Shown: positions 60,840 through 64,000 of the stretch, in pieces
How the letters are laid out: the number at the start of each line of letters is the position of its first letter
How positions within the stretch are numbered: position 1 is the first letter of the stretch
Assembly: GCF_044704955.1 (NCBI RefSeq)
Contig: NC_091999.1
Location: 11,160,001 to 11,224,000 of the forward strand
Direction of reading: 5' to 3'
Source: Pristiophorus japonicus
Taxonomy: Eukaryota
Length of the DNA stretch: 64,000 nucleotides
The notes under the pieces: generated by a model
What the model was told of the DNA's origin: nothing
Database searches by the model: none
The model's input: only the letters and a program-made list of their open reading frames with translations
Made by a program: the position numbers and the translations under genes

Positions 60840-63800
60840 AAGATGCAGCTCGTGCAGAGCACGGAGTGCAGCAGCATAGAGTGGCATTTGTGAGTTTGGT
60901 ATGTGGGTGAGTTTTAAGGGCTATTCTCTTTAAACCATTTTGAGGCTGGAGTAAATTGTTAGTGGCAATTGCCAATAGCTTCCAAGTAAGTAGCAGTTTA
61001 ATTTAAAGGGGACAAGTTAAATAGTTGGTAAACTTTTAGGTTTAGGCAGAGAAAAACACGGTAACTCTCCAAAAGGAGGCAATTAGCAGCTAGATAAAAC
61101 CAGTTCTGTAAACGTCTGACCAATAGTGGGTCATCAGACCTAGATACAGTTTAAAAAGAGGCAGCTCTTGCAGAGCACAGAGTACACCAGCATAGAGTGG
61201 CATTTGTGAGTTTGGTAAGTGGGTGAGTTTTGGCAAGTGGGGGTGGCAGGTGGAGTTTTGTCTTGTTTTTCCTACCAGTGCTGACACTAGAGCAGCTGAT
61301 ATGGAGTGTGAGAGTAGGAGATGGAGGGCCAGAGACGAGCCCAACCAGTTGCAGGCAAAGGTAGAGGGGTGCGAAATCGAGAGGTGACGTCACAGCCAAC
61401 CTGGTAAGTGGTTGGCGATTCGACTGGTATGTATAACTCTCTTTTAGACTGACGTTTAGATTGGTTTAATTGGCTGTGAACTACTAAGTAGCTGTTTGGT
61501 GTTTAAGTAAATTTTAGTCAGTAAATTAATTTAAGGGTTAAGTCATGGCAGTAGAGCTCGGACCCGTGTCATGCTCCTCCTGTGCTATGTGGGAAGTCAG
61601 GGACTCTTCCAGTGTCTCTGACTACAATGTGTGCGGGAAGTGTGTCCAGTTGCAGCTTCTAACAGACCACATGACGGCACTGGAGCTGCGGATGGACTCA
61701 CTCTGTATCATGCGCGATGCTGAGAATGTTGTGTGTAGCACATTTAGTGAGTTGGTCACACCGCAGGTAAGGGTTAGGACAGATAGTGAATGGGTGACCA
61801 AGAGGCAAGGCAAGAGCAGGAATGTAGTGCAGGTGTCCCCTGCGGATATCTCCCTCCAAAATAGATATACCACTTTGGATAATGTTGGGGGAGATGATTT
61901 ACCAGGGGAAGGCACCAGCAGCCAGGATCACGGCATCGGGGGTGGCTCTGCTGCACAGAAGGGTGGGAAAATGAGTGGGCGAGCTATAGTGATAGGGGAC
62001 TCTATTGTAAGGGGAATAGATAGGAGTTTCTGCCTCAGCAACAGAGACTCCAGGATGGTATGTTGCCTCCCAGGTGCAAGGGCCAAGGATGTCGCGGAGC
62101 GGCTGCAGAGCATTCTGGAGAGGGAGGGTGAACAGCCAGTTGTCGTGGTACATGTAGGTACCAACGACATAGGTAAGAAGCGCGAAGAGGTCCTACAAGC
62201 TGAATTTAGGAAGCCAGGAGTTAAATTAAAAAGTAGGACCTCAAAGTTAGTAATCTCTGGATTGGTACCAGTGCCACGGTCTAATCAGAGTAGGGGGAGC
62301 AGGATAGTTCAAATACATACGTGGCTTGAGCAGTGGTGCAAAAGAGAGGGATTCAAATTCCTCGGATATGGTGATCAGTTCTGTGGGAAGTGGGACCTGT
62401 ACAAAGGGACTGTCTGCATTTCGGAAGGACTGGAACTGATGTCCAAGAGGTAACATTTGCTAATGCTGTTCGGGAGTGTTTAAATAATATGGCAGGGGGA
62501 TGGGAACCTATGCAGCGAGATAGGGCGAAGTAATATGGAGTCAGAAACAGATGTTATAAAGGCAATAGTGGAAGGCCGAGTATACAAAGGCAAGAAACAA
62601 AAAGGGCCACACTACATCATAATTCGAAAAGGACAAAGGTTGTTAAAAAAAACAACCTTGTAAGCTTTGTGTCTTAATGCAAGGAGTATCCGTAATAAGG
62701 TGGATGAATTAACTATGCAAATAGATGTTTACAGATATGATGTGATTGGGATTACAGAGACGTGGCTCCAGGCTGATCAGGGCTGGGAACTCAACATCCA
62801 TGGGTATTCAACATTCAGGAAGGATAGAATAAAAGGAAAAGGAGGTGGGGTAGCATTGCTGGTTAATGAGGAGATTAATGCAACAGTTGGGAAGGACATT
62901 AGCTTGGATGATGTGGAATCTATATGGGTAGAGCTGTAGACACCAAAGAGCATAAAATGTTAAGTGGGAGTTGTGTATAGATCTCCAAACAGTAGTAGTG
63001 ATGTTGGGGAGGTCACCAAACAGGAAATTGGGGGTGCATGCAATAAAGGTGCAGCAGTTATCATGGGTGACTTTAATATGCATATAGATTGGGCTAACCA
63101 AACTGGAAGCAATACGGTGGAGGAGGATTTCCTGGAGTGCATAAGGGATGCTTTTTTAGACCAGTATGTCAGGAACCAACTAGGGGGGAGGCCATCTTCA
63201 ACTGGGTGTTGTGTAATGAGAGAGGATTAATTAGCAATCTCGTTGTGCGAGGGCTCTTGGAAAAGAATGCCCATAATATGGTGGAATTCTACATTAGGAT
63301 GGATAATGAAACAGTTAATTCAGAGACCATGGTCCAGAACTTACAGAAGGGTAACTTTGGAAGTATGAGGCGTGAATTGACTAGGACAGATTGGCGAATG
63401 ATACTTAAGCGGTTGACTGTGGATGGGCAATGGCAGACATTTAGAGACCGCATGGATGAACTACAACAATTGTACATCCCTGTCTGGCATAAAAATAAAA
63501 AAGGGAAGGTGGCTCAACCGTGGCTATCAAGGGAAATCAGGGATAGTATTAAAGCAAAGGAAGTGGCATACAAATTGGCCAGAAATAGCAGTTACCCCGG
63601 GGACTGGGAGAAATTAAGAACTCAGCAGAGGAGGACAAAGGGTTTAATTAGGGCAGGGAAAATAGAGTACGAGAGGAAGCTTGCAGGGAACATTACTTCG
63701 GACTGCGAAAGTTTATATAGAGCTGTAAAGAGAAAAAGGTTAGTAAAGACAAACATAGGTCCTCTGCAATCAGAATCAGGGGAAGTCATAACGGGGAACA

Positions 63801-64000
63801 AAGAAATGGCAGACCAATTGAACAAGTACTTTGGTTCGATATTCAAAAAAAGAGGTCACAAACAACCTTCTGGATATAAAAGGGGCCAGAGGGTCGAGTA
63901 ACAAGGAGGAACTGAGGGACATCCTTATTAGTCGGGAAACTGTGTTGGGGAAATTAATGGGATTGAAGGCCCATAAATCCCCAGGGCCTGATGGACTGCA
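60840..64000 (+). mobile_element. CR1 LINE with 5' UTR, ORF1 and disrupted ORF2, running off the window
   Basis: 5' UTR with an internal ~85-bp duplication (60832-60916 / 61146-61231), ORF1 at 61545-62453, and ORF2 pieces from 62667 (CLNARSIRNK..GITETW, IMGDFN). Confidence 0.93.
61545..62453 (+). CDS. CR1 ORF1p (zinc finger/leucine zipper + SGNH esterase domain), C-terminal frameshift
   Basis: CSSCAMW..CGKC, VIGDSIVRG, CCLPGA and VVVHVGTND. Confidence 0.85.
   Translation: MAVELGPVSCSSCAMWEVRDSSSVSDYNVCGKCVQLQLLTDHMTALELRMDSLCIMRDAENVVCSTFSELVTPQVRVRTDSEWVTKRQGKSRNVVQVSPADISLQNRYTTLDNVGGDDLPGEGTSSQDHGIGGGSAAQKGGKMSGRAIVIGDSIVRGIDRSFCLSNRDSRMVCCLPGARAKDVAERLQSILEREGEQPVVVVHVGTNDIGKKREEVLQAEFRKPGVKLKSRTSKLVISGLVPVPRSNQSRGSRIVQIHTWLEQWCKREGFKFLGYGDQFCGKWDLYKGTVCISEGLELMSKR

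Noticed and set aside
1-64000. TCR/Ig constant-region exons or conventional FGxG J segments
   Set aside because: None were seen. The window lies in the V array, so alpha vs delta usage cannot be assigned.

Overview
This is vertebrate genomic DNA, almost certainly from a cartilaginous fish (shark or ray), and covers part of the V-gene array of the T-cell receptor alpha/delta (TRA/TRD) locus. It contains about 12 leader/V-exon/RSS units or relics in both orientations. Two V genes look fully intact (17.0-17.5 kb and 52.4-52.9 kb). One has an intact ORF but a mutated heptamer (13.0-13.45 kb), one has an intact V exon and RSS but no resolvable leader (50.8-51.1 kb), and the rest are pseudogenes. 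Embedded at 28.6-30.3 kb is a compact IgNAR-like V-D-D-J minicluster (a NAR-TCR cassette, missed by the ORF track). It has IgH-type RSS spacing, a premature stop, an exact 427-bp tandem duplication of the D, and no adjacent leaderless supporting V. The most unusual observations concern the RSS flanks. One V lineage carries a conserved 24-bp-spacer RSS with a CTCF motif about 25 bp downstream, and this module has been grafted onto a V of another family. A second lineage carries a copy of a V-promoter module immediately behind its RSS, facing back into the gene. The rest of the window is CR1 LINEs, a decayed endogenous retrovirus, a full-length decayed Gypsy element, a solo LTR, SINE and RTE fragments, a 5-kb G-rich minisatellite and a 186-N gap. 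All calls come from reading the sequence by eye; no database searches were run.
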